From Verrucomicrobiales bacterium (GTDB lineage: Bacteria; Verrucomicrobiota; Verrucomicrobiia; Limisphaerales; JAQGOV01), in contig JAQGOV010000389.1 in assembly GCA_028293425.1 (NCBI GenBank), positions 1 to 54,125 of the forward strand: a DNA stretch of 54,125 nucleotides. The letters run 5' to 3'. The notes below the pieces were generated by a model, which searched no databases, was not told the DNA's origin, and worked only from the letters and a program-made list of their open reading frames with translations. Both the position numbers and the translations under genes were made by a program. Below are positions 43,992 through 54,125 of this stretch, one piece after another; within the stretch, counting starts at the first letter, position 1; every line of letters starts with the position of its first letter.

Positions 43992-46333
43992 TTTTTGCGT
44001 TCAGCAGAAACCCAGCTTTCCAAAAGGTCATGGCAGTTGATGATTTTTTCAACCAGATCCAGGGGCACGTAGTAGTAATGGTTCGATGCTTCAAATCCGA
44101 TGCGGCTGTCCTCGCACTGAATCTGATACAGCCGCCGAGCGTCGCGAATTTCGCTGAGGAGAACCTGCTCAAGTGAGCGGATAGCCGGAACCGCTTCTTC
44201 AGCGCTTTTGGCTTTGCCTAATTGCGCACGGGCGAGAACAAACCTCGCCTGCGTTGCGACGCTCCGAAAATGCAGAGCTGCAGCTTCCGCTACCCGCAGT
44301 TCGGCATCGAGGCGGCCACGCTCTTTGCGGGAGACCCGAAATGTGTCGGCCGCGGTTTTCAGTTTCTTCACACCCGAATCGAAACCCTCCGCCACCATTT
44401 CCAATTGTTGGATAAAGATCTGGGCCGGGTAAACGGAACGCCAGCCATTCAGGTCATCATAAGGGATGCCAACCATGGTGGCTGCGTAACCAGTTGGGGT
44501 TTGCCATAACAGATTAGCCGGCCCCATCTGCAGGGGGGCCGTGTAAACCACTCCAATATGATAAGGAAATTCTTTGAAGGCTTCACTCCAATCCTGCCAG
44601 GCTTCAACCACCCGCGGAGCGAGTTTAGCGCCGAATTGGTTTTCGGCTACTCGCAGAAGAGCTTCTTCGGGTGTGATGGGTGCCTTGTTGTCCTTGCGCG
44701 ACATTTCAGCGATCACTTCCAAGTTCGGTGAAGGATAGCCCCCGAGAGTCCAGCCAAGCATCAGTCCATCGACATCCTCTTTCAATAAATTGGCAGCGTG
44801 ACGAGCGACATTTGCCACCGCAGGAATGTAGGGAACGGCGGAAAGTTCCCAGGTGTTGTTAGCTTGTATTTTCGCCACCACGCGGAGGCCATGTTCCTTG
44901 GCCAGCTTCCAATGCCTTTTAGCGCGAGGGCCCGGCCCTATCGAAGAAATGGAATATTCGCCCACCGCGGTTTTTACCCCGCCCCGTTCAATAGGCAGGC
45001 TCCACTCACTGACGCTCATCAGAGAAACCCCCTTGGGCAGCCGCCCAATAATTCCGGGAGCCCAGTCATCAGCCCAGCCCCAATCCCACGCGAGTAATTG
45101 TTGATGGCTGGCGCCCTGCGCTATTCCTTCAAAAAGAAGTGTAGTAAATTCCGCAATCACCTCTGCAGGCTGGCGTTTGGCACAGCGGGGACAGCCCTTT
45201 CCACCACTATGAGACCAGCAGTTGGTCAGGTTTTCGGAAGCGGTGATGGTGAAGAACCCCGCCAGGTCAGGGACTGTTTTGCAAATGTGCTTCATTGAAT
45301 CCCTCAACCAATTCTGGACCTCTGGCACGCTAGTGCACAGAGTTGCGTGGTCACCTTCCGCGGTGCCTTTCAGTTCAGGATGGGATTTAAAGAACGCGAG
45401 CGGCATGGACCGTGGTTCGTTCAAATAAAGGTAAACGCCAATGCCCTCCTGGCGGGCTTTTCGAACCAAGGCGGCCAGATTCTCCAAACGCTTCTCCTGG
45501 CCTTGGCTTAATTTGGCATCCCAGGGAAACGGCGCCAGTTTCGAAAGCAGGCCCTGGAGCCAAACACCGTCGACTCCCTTTGTGGCCAAATGGCGCAAAT
45601 AGCCTGAAGAATAGGGCTCTATTTCAGGGTCAAGGAGAGCATCCCCATAAAGGGCGTAGTAGGAGTAGCAAAATTTCGGGGAAAAACGGCTCGCTGCAGG
45701 ACTGGTGCGCGGCGGGACTTTTTCCAGATCGTGGATGAACTGAAAGAGGGGTTCGCGTGGATTGATCAGTCCGTTTGGAAACTCTGTTTTGAGTGTCTGC
45801 GCAAGCGACTTGGCTTTGGCGGCGGTTTCAGCATCCGGGGCAACAAACCTCAAGGGTTTGCACTTGGGCTTGTGACTCCCGAGTTTGATGAAGAGAAAAT
45901 CGTCCTCGCGGAGGGTGTAGACCAGTCGTTCCGCAGGCCAATCCAGAAGCACGAGCAACTGCTCATAGGAAAGCAGGTGCCAATTCCGTCGAATGATTGT
46001 GATATAGGACCGACGCCACTGATCGGAAGTGACAGCTCTCGGTTTGCGCAGGCCCATTGAGCCTCCCATTGCCAGGACGTCCCCAACCTTCGCGCCGATC
46101 GTCTTTGCCATTCGTTCCACCGGCACCAGTTCCCAATTACGCCAGACAAAAGCGTGCAGCCGGGAAGGGAAATGCGCGAAGGGCACTGGAGCAGGCGCAT
46201 TCCCCTGCGGGAGATCGGAAAAGGACATTCCTTCAGCGCCGAAACACCATACGCTCGGCATGGTGAGCGCCGCCGTCCCGAAGGTCGCGGCTTGGATGAA
46301 GCGCCGGCGAGAGGAAACGAACTCTGGTGGCAT
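43979..46333 (-). CDS. Tat-signal protein of unknown function (possibly glycoside-hydrolase-like barrel)
   Basis: ATG 46333 gives MPPEFVSSRRRFIQAATFGTAALTM, a twin-arginine leader. The central region (VDGVWLQGLL.., IGVYLYLNEP) is reminiscent of a TIM-barrel glycosidase, but I see no diagnostic motif. Confidence 0.55.
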   Translation of the reverse strand: MPPEFVSSRRRFIQAATFGTAALTMPSVWCFGAEGMSFSDLPQGNAPAPVPFAHFPSRLHAFVWRNWELVPVERMAKTIGAKVGDVLAMGGSMGLRKPRAVTSDQWRRSYITIIRRNWHLLSYEQLLVLLDWPAERLVYTLREDDFLFIKLGSHKPKCKPLRFVAPDAETAAKAKSLAQTLKTEFPNGLINPREPLFQFIHDLEKVPPRTSPAASRFSPKFCYSYYALYGDALLDPEIEPYSSGYLRHLATKGVDGVWLQGLLSKLAPFPWDAKLSQGQEKRLENLAALVRKARQEGIGVYLYLNEPRSMPLAFFKSHPELKGTAEGDHATLCTSVPEVQNWLRDSMKHICKTVPDLAGFFTITASENLTNCWSHSGGKGCPRCAKRQPAEVIAEFTTLLFEGIAQGASHQQLLAWDWGWADDWAPGIIGRLPKGVSLMSVSEWSLPIERGGVKTAVGEYSISSIGPGPRAKRHWKLAKEHGLRVVAKIQANNTWELSAVPYIPAVANVARHAANLLKEDVDGLMLGWTLGGYPSPNLEVIAEMSRKDNKAPITPEEALLRVAENQFGAKLAPRVVEAWQDWSEAFKEFPYHIGVVYTAPLQMGPANLLWQTPTGYAATMVGIPYDDLNGWRSVYPAQIFIQQLEMVAEGFDSGVKKLKTAADTFRVSRKERGRLDAELRVAEAAALHFRSVATQARFVLARAQLGKAKSAEEAVPAIRSLEQVLLSEIRDARRLYQIQCEDSRIGFEASNHYYYVPLDLVEKIINCHDLLESWVSAERKKWNV

Positions 46334-46493
46334 GAACCCATTAAGCCAGTGCAACGAAATTTCTGCAAATATTTCTGTCTGCAAAAACGTCCAGAAACCG
46401 CCTATCGGAAGATTTGTGGAAGAAACGGCTTGGATTTTCCGTCAGTATAGTGTGGTTTGTCGCGATAAGTTGGTTCAGCATGAAACAGTGTTT

Positions 46494-47567
46494 ATGAGGA
46501 AAGCAAAAAGATGGACGGCCTGCCTTATTTTCTGGCTGGCGGCGCTTTGCGCCCGGGCGGATCTGATTGATGATTACATCACGACTCAGATGGCTCAACG
46601 GCACATTCCAGGCGTTTCCCTGGCGCTCGTTCGTGATGGCAAACTCCTGAAAACGAAAGCTTACGGGAAGGCAAATTTGGAACTCGGGGTTCCAGTCACC
46701 GAGGAGACCGTTTTCGAAATCGGTTCTATCACGAAACAATTTACAGCCACTCTGATCATGATGCTGGCTGAGGAAAAAAAACTGGGGCTGGATGACAAGA
46801 TAACCGCCTATTTCACCAACGCCCCTCTGGAATGGACGAATGTCACTGTTCGCTACCTGCTGACACATACGTCCGGCATTAAGAATTATACGGGGTTACC
46901 CGGCTTTGAATGCTCGAAGCACCTGAATTCCGCGCATTTCGTGGAGGCCATCGGAAAGCATCCGCTGGAATTTGAACCGGGCACAAAATTTTCCTACTGT
47001 AATTCCGGTTATAATCTCCTCGGCTTTATCGTGGAGAAGGTCGCGGGCAAGCCTTATTGGCAGCTCCTCCAGGACCGGATTTTTCAACCTGCGGGAATGA
47101 AGGCAAGCCAAAGCCGCGATCTGGACACAATCATTCGAAACCGCGCTTGCGGTTACGAAAAGCATGGCAACCAAATTGTAAATCGCGAGGGCGATCTCAC
47201 CGATGTCTTCGCCGCTGGCGCCATCGCTTCCACGGTGCTCGACCTTTTGAAATGGAATTATGCTCTCGAATCCGGGAAGCTGTTAAAAGCTTCCAGCCTC
47301 CAGCAAATGTGGAGTCCTTATAAGCTCAAAAATGGCCAAGTTTTTACTTATGGCTTTGGATGGAAGCTGGACGACTACAAAGGCACGCGTTGCATTGGCC
47401 ATGGCGGCGCAACTTCCGGTTTTTCCTCGAGCCTCCAAAAATTTCCGGACTTGAAGCTCACGGTGATCGTGCTGACGAACTCGGGAGAAGAAGGCGTGGC
47501 GGGGCAAATCGCCAAAGGCATTGCCGAGTTTTACATCAAAACGCCGAAGCCGGTCGCCCAAAACTAA
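46494..47567 (+). CDS. Serine hydrolase, beta-lactamase/PBP4* (class C-like) family
   Basis: ATG 46494 (MRKAKRWTACLIFWLAALCARA signal). Motifs: GSITKQF (SxxK), YCNSGY (YxN) and IGHGGA (HxG). The track ORF start at 46029 is antisense to the neighbouring gene. Confidence 0.8.
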   Translation: MRKAKRWTACLIFWLAALCARADLIDDYITTQMAQRHIPGVSLALVRDGKLLKTKAYGKANLELGVPVTEETVFEIGSITKQFTATLIMMLAEEKKLGLDDKITAYFTNAPLEWTNVTVRYLLTHTSGIKNYTGLPGFECSKHLNSAHFVEAIGKHPLEFEPGTKFSYCNSGYNLLGFIVEKVAGKPYWQLLQDRIFQPAGMKASQSRDLDTIIRNRACGYEKHGNQIVNREGDLTDVFAAGAIASTVLDLLKWNYALESGKLLKASSLQQMWSPYKLKNGQVFTYGFGWKLDDYKGTRCIGHGGATSGFSSSLQKFPDLKLTVIVLTNSGEEGVAGQIAKGIAEFYIKTPKPVAQN

Positions 47568-47573
47568 ACCGAC

Positions 47574-49001
47574 TTACGCGAGGAGTTTTGAAACGACTTC
47601 ACCGTGAACATCAGTCAGGCGGAAGTCGCGTCCCTGGAAGCGATACGTAAGCTTGGTATGATCAAAGCCGAGCAGGCGCAGGATCGTGGCATTCAAGTCG
47701 TGGACATGCACCGGGTCTTTCGCGGCGTTGAACCCAAACTCATCCGTTTCGCCCAGCGTCAGCCCGGGTTTTGCGCCTCCGCCTGCCAGCCAGACAGTAA
47801 ACGCATTGGGATGATGATCCCGGCCATCGTTGCCACCCTGCACCATCGGAGTCCGGCCAAACTCCCCGCCCCAGATAACAAGCGTATCTTCTAACAAGCC
47901 GCGTTGCTTCAGATCTTGGATCAGCGCGGCGCTGGGTTTGTCCGTCTTGCCACATTGATCCTTTAAACCGCCGACAAGTCCGCCATGATGATCCCACGCT
48001 TCGTGAAAAATCTGCACGAAACGCACGCCACGCTCGACAAGACGACGCGCGAGGAGACAACAATTCGCGTAGGAAGATTTGCCAGGTTCAGCACCGTACA
48101 TTTCCAGCGTTTCCTTGGATTCCTTGTTCAAGTCCATCACCTCTGGAGCCACGCCCTGCATGCGATAAGCCATTTCGAAGGAGCTGATCCTGGACGCGAT
48201 CTCCGGGTCACCCACTTCGGCCAGGTGCATTTCGTTTAGGCGCTTTAATGAGTCCAGGGAGTCACGCTGTGTCTTGTCATCGAACCCACGTGGATTCTTG
48301 AGGAAGAGCACCGGATCTCCGCTGGTGCGGAAGGGAACGCCCGCATAAACCGTGGGCAAAAATCCCGCACCCCAATTGGACGCGCCTCCGCTGGTGCCTT
48401 TTTGGCCAGTGCTGAAAACGACGTAAGCAGGCAGATCCTGCGACTCGCTGCCAAGACCATAAGTGGTCCAGGCACCGAGGCTCGGCCGCCCAAACTGTTG
48501 CGAGCCCGTGTTCGCAAAAATCTGCGCCGGTGCGTGGTTAAACGCGTCCGTCTTCATGGACTTCACGATCGCGATGTCGTCCGCAACCTTGGACAAATGA
48601 GGGAGCAACTCGGAGATTTCCGCGCCGCACTTGCCATGTTTTGCGAACTTGAATTTGGGACCGAGGAGCGTCGAGTTTGGGTTAATGAACGCAGCGCGAT
48701 AGCCTTTCAAGAGTTCTTCTGGCGGCAGTTTGCCATCCCATTTGGCCAGTTCGGGTTTGTAATCGAACAACTCCAGATGGCTGGGACCGCCTGCCATGAA
48801 CAGGTAAATAACCCTTTTGGCCTTGGGCGCAAAATGGGGTTTCTTGGGCGACAGCGGATTATCGACCACGGCACCAAGGGCCTTGTTCGTACCGAGCAAC
48901 GAAGCCAACGCCATGGAGCCCAGCCCAACGCCACACTGACTGAAAAACCAACGGCGAGTGATGTACTTCCGGTATTCGTTTTGAATCTCGTTAACAATCA
49001 T
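47574..49001 (-). CDS. DUF1501-family (sulfatase-like fold) protein, Tat leader
   Basis: [20 protein letters not shown] leader, WDHHGG and GGEFGRTP blocks typical of DUF1501. ATG 49001 lies 5 nt after the upstream stop. Confidence 0.85.
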   Translation of the reverse strand: MIVNEIQNEYRKYITRRWFFSQCGVGLGSMALASLLGTNKALGAVVDNPLSPKKPHFAPKAKRVIYLFMAGGPSHLELFDYKPELAKWDGKLPPEELLKGYRAAFINPNSTLLGPKFKFAKHGKCGAEISELLPHLSKVADDIAIVKSMKTDAFNHAPAQIFANTGSQQFGRPSLGAWTTYGLGSESQDLPAYVVFSTGQKGTSGGASNWGAGFLPTVYAGVPFRTSGDPVLFLKNPRGFDDKTQRDSLDSLKRLNEMHLAEVGDPEIASRISSFEMAYRMQGVAPEVMDLNKESKETLEMYGAEPGKSSYANCCLLARRLVERGVRFVQIFHEAWDHHGGLVGGLKDQCGKTDKPSAALIQDLKQRGLLEDTLVIWGGEFGRTPMVQGGNDGRDHHPNAFTVWLAGGGAKPGLTLGETDEFGFNAAKDPVHVHDLNATILRLLGFDHTKLTYRFQGRDFRLTDVHGEVVSKLLA

Positions 49002-49006
49002 AGCAC

Positions 49007-52000
49007 TTATTCTTTCGTGATTGTCTCGTCCAGGTTTAACACCACGCGCGAAACGATCGTCCAAGCTGCCAATTGAGTAGGGGAAGTTCCTTTCGGGAAT
49101 TCAGGTTTTTTACCGGCTTCGATAAAACCTACTTCCTTTGGATCCAGCCAGCCTTCCGCAAAACGTTCTTTTTGCTTTTCGAATAAACTTAAAATCTCCT
49201 GGGCTTCTGCCTTGGATGGCTGGCGCCCAATGCAGCGGCGAAAAATATAAGTCACGCGGTCCAAATCCGTTTGCCCGGCTTCAGAAAGAGTTTTTAGAGC
49301 AAGGGCTTGGGCTGCTTCCACGAACAGGGGCTCATTCAACGTCGTGAGCGCCTGCAAAGGCGTGTTCGAACGAACACGCCGGACGCAGGCAAAATCCCCG
49401 TTCGGAGCATCGAAATTCTGAAGTGCCGGATACGGAGTGGAACGGCGACGGAAGGTATAAAGCGCACGCCGGTACTTTTCGGTCCCTTCCTCATCTTTCC
49501 ATGGGAAGGGAGCATAACTCGCGGGTGGCTGGAAAAGGAACGCTGGAGCGGGTGGCATAACGCTGCGGCCTCCCACCTTTTCGTTGAGCAACCCGGCGGC
49601 AGCCAACGCGATGTCCCGCACCACTTCTGCTTCCACACGGAAACGCGGCCCACGTGCCAGTAGTCGATTGTATTGATCCTTTTCGTAAAGCTCGGGCGAT
49701 ATTTTCGAGGACTGCCGATAGGTCGCAGAGAGAACAATTTGGCGGTGCAGCCGTTTCAGGCTCCAGCCATGGTCCATGAAATCTACTGCGAGCCAATCGA
49801 GGAGTTCGGGATGGGAAGGCGCGGGAGCTCGCACGCCAAAATCCTCAGGTGTGTCCACCAGACCATTGCCAAAATAAGCCTGCCAGACTCGGTTTACCAT
49901 CACTCGCGCAGTCGTCGGAGCTTTGCGATCCACGAGCCATTTGGCGAAAGTGAGACGCGTCGGCGGAGCGTCGGGAGGAAGTGGATTTAGAATGGCCGGA
50001 ACTCCAGCCGTCACCGGCTTTGTCGGCTTAAGCCAATCGCCGCGTTTCAGCACCCGGGTATCGCGCATCTCCTCGCGCGCCATGAGCGTGAGAGAACTGC
50101 TTGGGCTGGGCCATTGCTGCCAGAGCGCTTCGATTTTGTCGTTGGTATCTTTCCAGTCCGGAACCGTGGTGCGCCAATAACTAAACACGGCTGCGAGTTG
50201 CTCAGGAGACCGTTTGCTCTTAGGAATGCCCAGAATATCCCGCACCTTTTTCGGCAGCGGATCGGCCGTGATTGGCCCGACGTTCGTGGTGACGCTCAGG
50301 CGGAACCGGCCGAGGTTATTATTCATATGGTCATCGCTGTTCCAGCCACCATGGTTCTGCTTGAGGTAAAATGATAGGATGGTGCCATTGGTGTATCCGA
50401 CTGGTTTCTCGGCAACGAACACCGCCTTGCGATCCACATTCCGGCGGCCGGGGCCGGCATCAATGCCCCACGCGGTATTTCCATTGCCATCGATGGCAAA
50501 TTTGATTGGACCGGTAGAGCGGCTGTTGGTGCTTTTGTCGTAAAAATTCATTTCCAGTTTGCACTCCGGCTGATCGTAATCCGCGGTAGCCGAAACGATT
50601 TTGACCTTCGTTTTGTTTGTGGGATTTTTGGCGTCCGCCACATCCACCGCAAACTCGGTCAGAGCACAAGTGCCCATAAAACTGCGTCCTGGGCCCCCGA
50701 AAGGCAGGTTGGGATCCGTCAGCAGTTCCAGCCGGAAGGCTGTGATGCCGGAGAGTTGATTCGTGCCCCTGAAGGTTGCGTTCATTTTGGTCGGGGCATA
50801 GCCCGCGGCCAGGAGGGACTGATCCTTCAGTTCGTAATAACGTTGGTCATTCTCTCCGACGTGCTCCAGCGGCCACACAACTTGCCAGGTTGGTTGTTTT
50901 TCCCCCGCTTCTTTCTCCCAAGCTTCCATTTTCTTTGCCCAATCAGGTTCGCGCTTTTTGAGTTGCCCTTCCAACTCGGCCATCTGTTTGCGGAGTTTGG
51001 AAGTCTTGAGAAGGTCCTCCTGTGTGTAAACCGCGGGCCGGGCCTCATGATCATTGTTGATGTAGGCAAACAACCGGTAGTATTCCTCCTGCGAAAAGGG
51101 GTCATACTTATGGTTGTGGCATTGAGCGCATTGAATCGTCAGCCCAAGCACACTTTTACCAATGGCTTCCATCCGATCAAACATCGCCTCCATGCGGAAC
51201 TGTTCAGGATCAATGGCCCCTTCCATATTGACCATGGAGTTCCGCAGGAACCCGGTGGCCACAACCTGGTCCTGGCTATGGTTGGGCAGCAAATCGCCCG
51301 CGATTTGATCCACGACGAACTGGTTGTAACCGAGGTCCCGGTTCAAAGCGTTGATCACATAATCGCGATAAGGCCACACATCACGAGACATGTCTTTCTC
51401 ATAACCATCGCTGTCTGCGTAACGGGCCGCGTCCAGCCAATGGCGGCCCCACTTCTCGCCGTAATGAGGTGACTTGAGCACTTGCTCGACCTGTTTGGAC
51501 CAGGCGTTTTTGCTGCTGTCAGCCAGGAAGGCATCGATTTGCGCAGGGGTCGGCGGAAGCCCGAGGAGGTCCAGGTAAAGCCGACGAAGGAGAATGATCT
51601 TGTCCGCTTCCGTGGAAGGCTGAAGCCCTTCTTTTTCCAGGCGAGCCAGAATAAAATGGTCCACCTCATTGGCGGGCCATTTAGTATCTTTGACCTTGGG
51701 CAAGGCCGCCTTCACAGGCGGCACGTAGGCCCAGTGCTCCTTTGGGGACGCCTTGCTGTAAGCTTCGGGCCAATCCGCCCCCTGGTCGATCCACGCCCGC
51801 AGCAGGCCGATTTGCTCAGCCGTCAGTTTCTCGCCCTTGGGAGGCATGATCGCATCCTGTTCCAGGCCAGCAACAAGATGGATGAGGCGGCTTTCAACGC
51901 TTTTTCCAGGAACGATGGCCGCTTTGCCGGACTCTCCTCCTTTATAGGCGATATCCTTGGCATCGAGGCGATAGCCCGATTTCTGCTTCTTTTCACCATG

Positions 52001-52180
52001 GCAATCCGAGCAACGCTCATTGAACAATGGCAAAATGTCCTTGGCAAAATCCACTTTGCGGGTCGCAGGGACGGGTATTTTTGAAGCATCTATCTCAGCC
52101 GCAGAAACTTGTAGCAAGCCACCAGTGAGTAGCAGGCAACCGAAAAAGCTAGTTTTCCAAAGTCCGTGTGTCTTTTTCAT
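49007..52180 (-). CDS. PSCyt (planctomycete cytochrome c) / DUF1549 / DUF1553 protein
   Basis: Signal peptide. N-terminal [17 protein letters not shown] (PSCyt1-type CxxCH), central [11 protein letters not shown] (DUF1549-type), and a long DUF1553-like C-terminus. Confidence 0.85.
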   Translation of the reverse strand: MKKTHGLWKTSFFGCLLLTGGLLQVSAAEIDASKIPVPATRKVDFAKDILPLFNERCSDCHGEKKQKSGYRLDAKDIAYKGGESGKAAIVPGKSVESRLIHLVAGLEQDAIMPPKGEKLTAEQIGLLRAWIDQGADWPEAYSKASPKEHWAYVPPVKAALPKVKDTKWPANEVDHFILARLEKEGLQPSTEADKIILLRRLYLDLLGLPPTPAQIDAFLADSSKNAWSKQVEQVLKSPHYGEKWGRHWLDAARYADSDGYEKDMSRDVWPYRDYVINALNRDLGYNQFVVDQIAGDLLPNHSQDQVVATGFLRNSMVNMEGAIDPEQFRMEAMFDRMEAIGKSVLGLTIQCAQCHNHKYDPFSQEEYYRLFAYINNDHEARPAVYTQEDLLKTSKLRKQMAELEGQLKKREPDWAKKMEAWEKEAGEKQPTWQVVWPLEHVGENDQRYYELKDQSLLAAGYAPTKMNATFRGTNQLSGITAFRLELLTDPNLPFGGPGRSFMGTCALTEFAVDVADAKNPTNKTKVKIVSATADYDQPECKLEMNFYDKSTNSRSTGPIKFAIDGNGNTAWGIDAGPGRRNVDRKAVFVAEKPVGYTNGTILSFYLKQNHGGWNSDDHMNNNLGRFRLSVTTNVGPITADPLPKKVRDILGIPKSKRSPEQLAAVFSYWRTTVPDWKDTNDKIEALWQQWPSPSSSLTLMAREEMRDTRVLKRGDWLKPTKPVTAGVPAILNPLPPDAPPTRLTFAKWLVDRKAPTTARVMVNRVWQAYFGNGLVDTPEDFGVRAPAPSHPELLDWLAVDFMDHGWSLKRLHRQIVLSATYRQSSKISPELYEKDQYNRLLARGPRFRVEAEVVRDIALAAAGLLNEKVGGRSVMPPAPAFLFQPPASYAPFPWKDEEGTEKYRRALYTFRRRSTPYPALQNFDAPNGDFACVRRVRSNTPLQALTTLNEPLFVEAAQALALKTLSEAGQTDLDRVTYIFRRCIGRQPSKAEAQEILSLFEKQKERFAEGWLDPKEVGFIEAGKKPEFPKGTSPTQLAAWTIVSRVVLNLDETITKE

Positions 52181-52474
52181 GGGCTAAAGCGGAAAAGGTC
52201 CAGGCAGCATTACCCCTTCCACTAATAAAACGCTCAGGTAAGCTGTTTCATTCACGCAAAGCGCTACGCGCATCTTGCCAGAAGCGGGGTTGTGGCTAAC
52301 AGCCCGTTGGGTGAACATCTGAACAGCCTAAATTGGAATTGAAGACATGAGAAGCGGGAAATAATGGACAACTTTGAAGAATGAGACACTGATAAGCCTG
52401 AACAAAGATAAGTGCGTGCAGTGGCACCATAGCCTAACTGTACTCCGAACCCTTCGGCTAGTTGATCTGGGTGT

Positions 52475-52768
52475 TTAGCTTGGAACCAACTCAAGTTTGA
52501 TTTTGCACCCCAAAGCTCGAGCCGCTTTTCCAAGCGTGGCGAAAGTTATTGATGGATTCGAGGCGTCCAGCAAGCGATCGACAGCTGCGCGGCTCGTATG
52601 CATGCGCCCGGCCATCGCCGCTTTCGTGAGGGACCTTTCTGTCAGCAGACGCCGGACCTGAAGTGCCACCGCCTGCTTGAGGGCCCGGGTTTCGACTTCT
52701 TCCAAAATCCCTTCCTCTGCCAAAAAATCCCGAAAATCACTCCCACGATGGATCCTTTTCTTCTTCAT
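52475..52768 (-). CDS. XRE/HigA-like helix-turn-helix antitoxin
   Basis: MKKKRIHRGSDFRDFLAEEGILEEVETRALKQAVA..LTKAAMAGRMHTSRAAVDRLLDASNPSITFATLGKAARALG matches the antitoxin partner of Gp49/HigB-like toxins. An alternative start is at 52786. Confidence 0.75.
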   Translation of the reverse strand: MKKKRIHRGSDFRDFLAEEGILEEVETRALKQAVALQVRRLLTERSLTKAAMAGRMHTSRAAVDRLLDASNPSITFATLGKAARALGCKIKLELVPS

Positions 52769-53114
52769 ACCGGTTGAGGTACTCATTTTTTCGCTTTCTT
52801 CCGAGTTCCAGATCGTGTTGAGGGGTTTTCTGGTTTTTTTGATAAAACCGTGCAGCAAAACAATCTCGTTATCTATCACGGCAAAAAGCGTTCTCGCAAT
52901 TCGGTTCTCAAGCCGCGAACGAATTTCCCACAAACCTTGCCCCCAGATTATCAACCAAAGGTTTCCCGATCGGCCTGGCATACTGAGCGGTTAGAATATC
53001 GGATCCGACGATCTTGCAATCTGATCTCGGAAGGTCCTTCAACCATTCACGAACCGGTTCATTACCGGACTGAGTTTTATAAAAGACCACTCTGAGCGGT
53101 CTCTCCGTTTTCAT
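52737..53114 (-). pseudogene. HigB/Gp49-like (RelE/ParE superfamily) toxin gene interrupted by two homopolymer frameshifts
   Basis: Three consecutive frames carry the pieces MKTERPLRVVFYKTQSGNEPVREWLKDL..PLVDNLG | QGLWEIRSRLENRIARTLFAVIDNEIVLLHGFIKK | NQKTPQHDLELGRKRKNEYLNRYEEEKDPSWE*. The frame changes sit at the plus-strand C5 run 52940-52944 and the T7 run 52834-52840. Confidence 0.65.
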
Positions 53115-53172
53115 TTAAACGTACCAAAAATGATACAATTGTCAACATCTTGCGATTGAGCCCGCGTGTCGA

Positions 53173-54125
53173 TCACTCTTGCGCCCGCTTCCCAGTCGAG
53201 CGCGTCTGGATCCCCGCCAGCTTGGCGAGTTCCCGGTAAATCCGAGTCACGCGCTCCACTTGACCCTTAGCCGGAAACCGCTCGTAGAAACCTTCGTTCT
53301 TGAACTCACGGGCCTGCTCAGTCCAAGGCGCAAGCCTCTCCTTCCAGCGATTGACACGGCCTTCCTCCGCATCGCCATCCTGGGCAGAAAGATCAGCGCA
53401 CACTCGAATCATGGCCTTCAACGTGACCGGCTTGGTAACCATATAGGCACCGTTGCCCCAGGCTTCGCTCCACACCTCCGCGGCTGCTTTGAAAAAATCA
53501 CGAACCATCCCATAATACCGTTCGGCACCACGTTTATCCGCCTCTTCCGGTTCAATTTTCTTCCAGGCTTGGCGCACCCAGCGGTGAACTTCATTGTACA
53601 ACTCCGCCTGCAAAATCCACTTCTCCTGCTTGCTCCGGCCGCCCAGACGATTGATGCGATAACGCAAGGGACTGTCCGAAGCACTGTAAAGCATCTCAAC
53701 GATCCGGGCCGCGAACCGGCGGTCCGGCTCCGCCCATGAAACCTTCTCATAAAGATCCACCAAGTGGCTCTTATTGATGCGGGTTGGGGTGGAGTTAATG
53801 ATCACGAACATTTCGGTGGCAAAGTCCTCGCTCCTGCCATCAAAAATAACGCACGGCACCGCAATGGACTTGGCCTCATCTGGATGCGAGCGTTCATAGA
53901 ACTGCAACGCCGCGAGCCGATGCTGCCCGTCGATGATCAAAAACTTTTCCTCCGGATCCTGCAACTCGCCCAGCGCACTCCCCTCCCCTTGTGCCTGGAA
54001 GCGCAGCTTCTGGGGGGTAAACAGCAGCACCGTGCCGGGGATCGGGGGCTGGGTGACAGCGGTTTCGTAAAAGTTCTTGATGGCCTTGATCTTGCCTTTG
54101 GCCACGAGGCGCTGAAAGGCTGAAT
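53173..54125 (-). CDS. DGQHR-domain (DndB-like) protein, 5' end outside the window
   Basis: FLIIDGQHRLAALQFY is the DGQHR motif. The track start at 54105 is GTG, but the frame stays open to the window edge (..SAFQRLVAKGKIK..), so the gene is probably truncated by the window. Confidence 0.75.
   Translation of the reverse strand, partial: SAFQRLVAKGKIKAIKNFYETAVTQPPIPGTVLLFTPQKLRFQAQGEGSALGELQDPEEKFLIIDGQHRLAALQFYERSHPDEAKSIAVPCVIFDGRSEDFATEMFVIINSTPTRINKSHLVDLYEKVSWAEPDRRFAARIVEMLYSASDSPLRYRINRLGGRSKQEKWILQAELYNEVHRWVRQAWKKIEPEEADKRGAERYYGMVRDFFKAAAEVWSEAWGNGAYMVTKPVTLKAMIRVCADLSAQDGDAEEGRVNRWKERLAPWTEQAREFKNEGFYERFPAKGQVERVTRIYRELAKLAGIQTRSTGKRAQE

Noticed and set aside
46029-46493. N-terminal 155-codon extension of the serine-hydrolase ORF (track start 46029).
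   Set aside because: It overlaps the 5' end of the minus-strand Tat-leader gene in antisense. A clean signal peptide begins at ATG 46494.

Overview
This 54.1-kb window looks like chromosomal DNA from a PVC-type bacterium, probably Verrucomicrobia or Planctomycetes. That call is an inference from gene content: a PSCyt/DUF1549/DUF1553 + DUF1501 pair, GloVer and delta-60 repeat proteins, and lamin-tail/CotH giant proteins. I support about 38 CDS, one tRNA-Glu, two hairpin terminators and one frameshifted toxin pseudogene. I found no rRNA, CRISPR array, transposase or integrase.

Housekeeping and ordinary genes:
- MTA phosphorylase, and a NarL-type response regulator with a receiver-fused HisKA_3 kinase.
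- A transketolase-family enzyme, an MDR dehydrogenase and a cyclase.
- SorAB-like sulfite dehydrogenase, LspA, an M13 peptidase, MscS, an EamA transporter and a serine hydrolase.

Regions worth a second look:
1. 22.2-29.9 kb: an orphan KS / catalytically dead KS-beta-like / KR / ACP cassette. It is divergently paired with a flavin-dependent-halogenase-like gene and flanked by a HydE-like radical SAM gene and a GT2.
2. 30.0-40.2 kb: a 2578-aa CotH/lamin-tail/PA14/Ig giant protein followed by a paralogous 785-aa lamin-tail protein.
3. A shared C-terminal module of about 70 aa ending in FYR/FFR, present on four secreted repeat proteins.
4. 15.9-18.9 kb: a HAD / deoxyhypusine-synthase-like / PfkB kinase operon.
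5. 52.5-54.1 kb: a small, more AT-rich islet with a HigBA-like module and a DGQHR (DndB-like) gene that runs off the window edge. The toxin is broken at two homopolymer runs.

All domain calls come from reading motifs in the translations. No database search was run.
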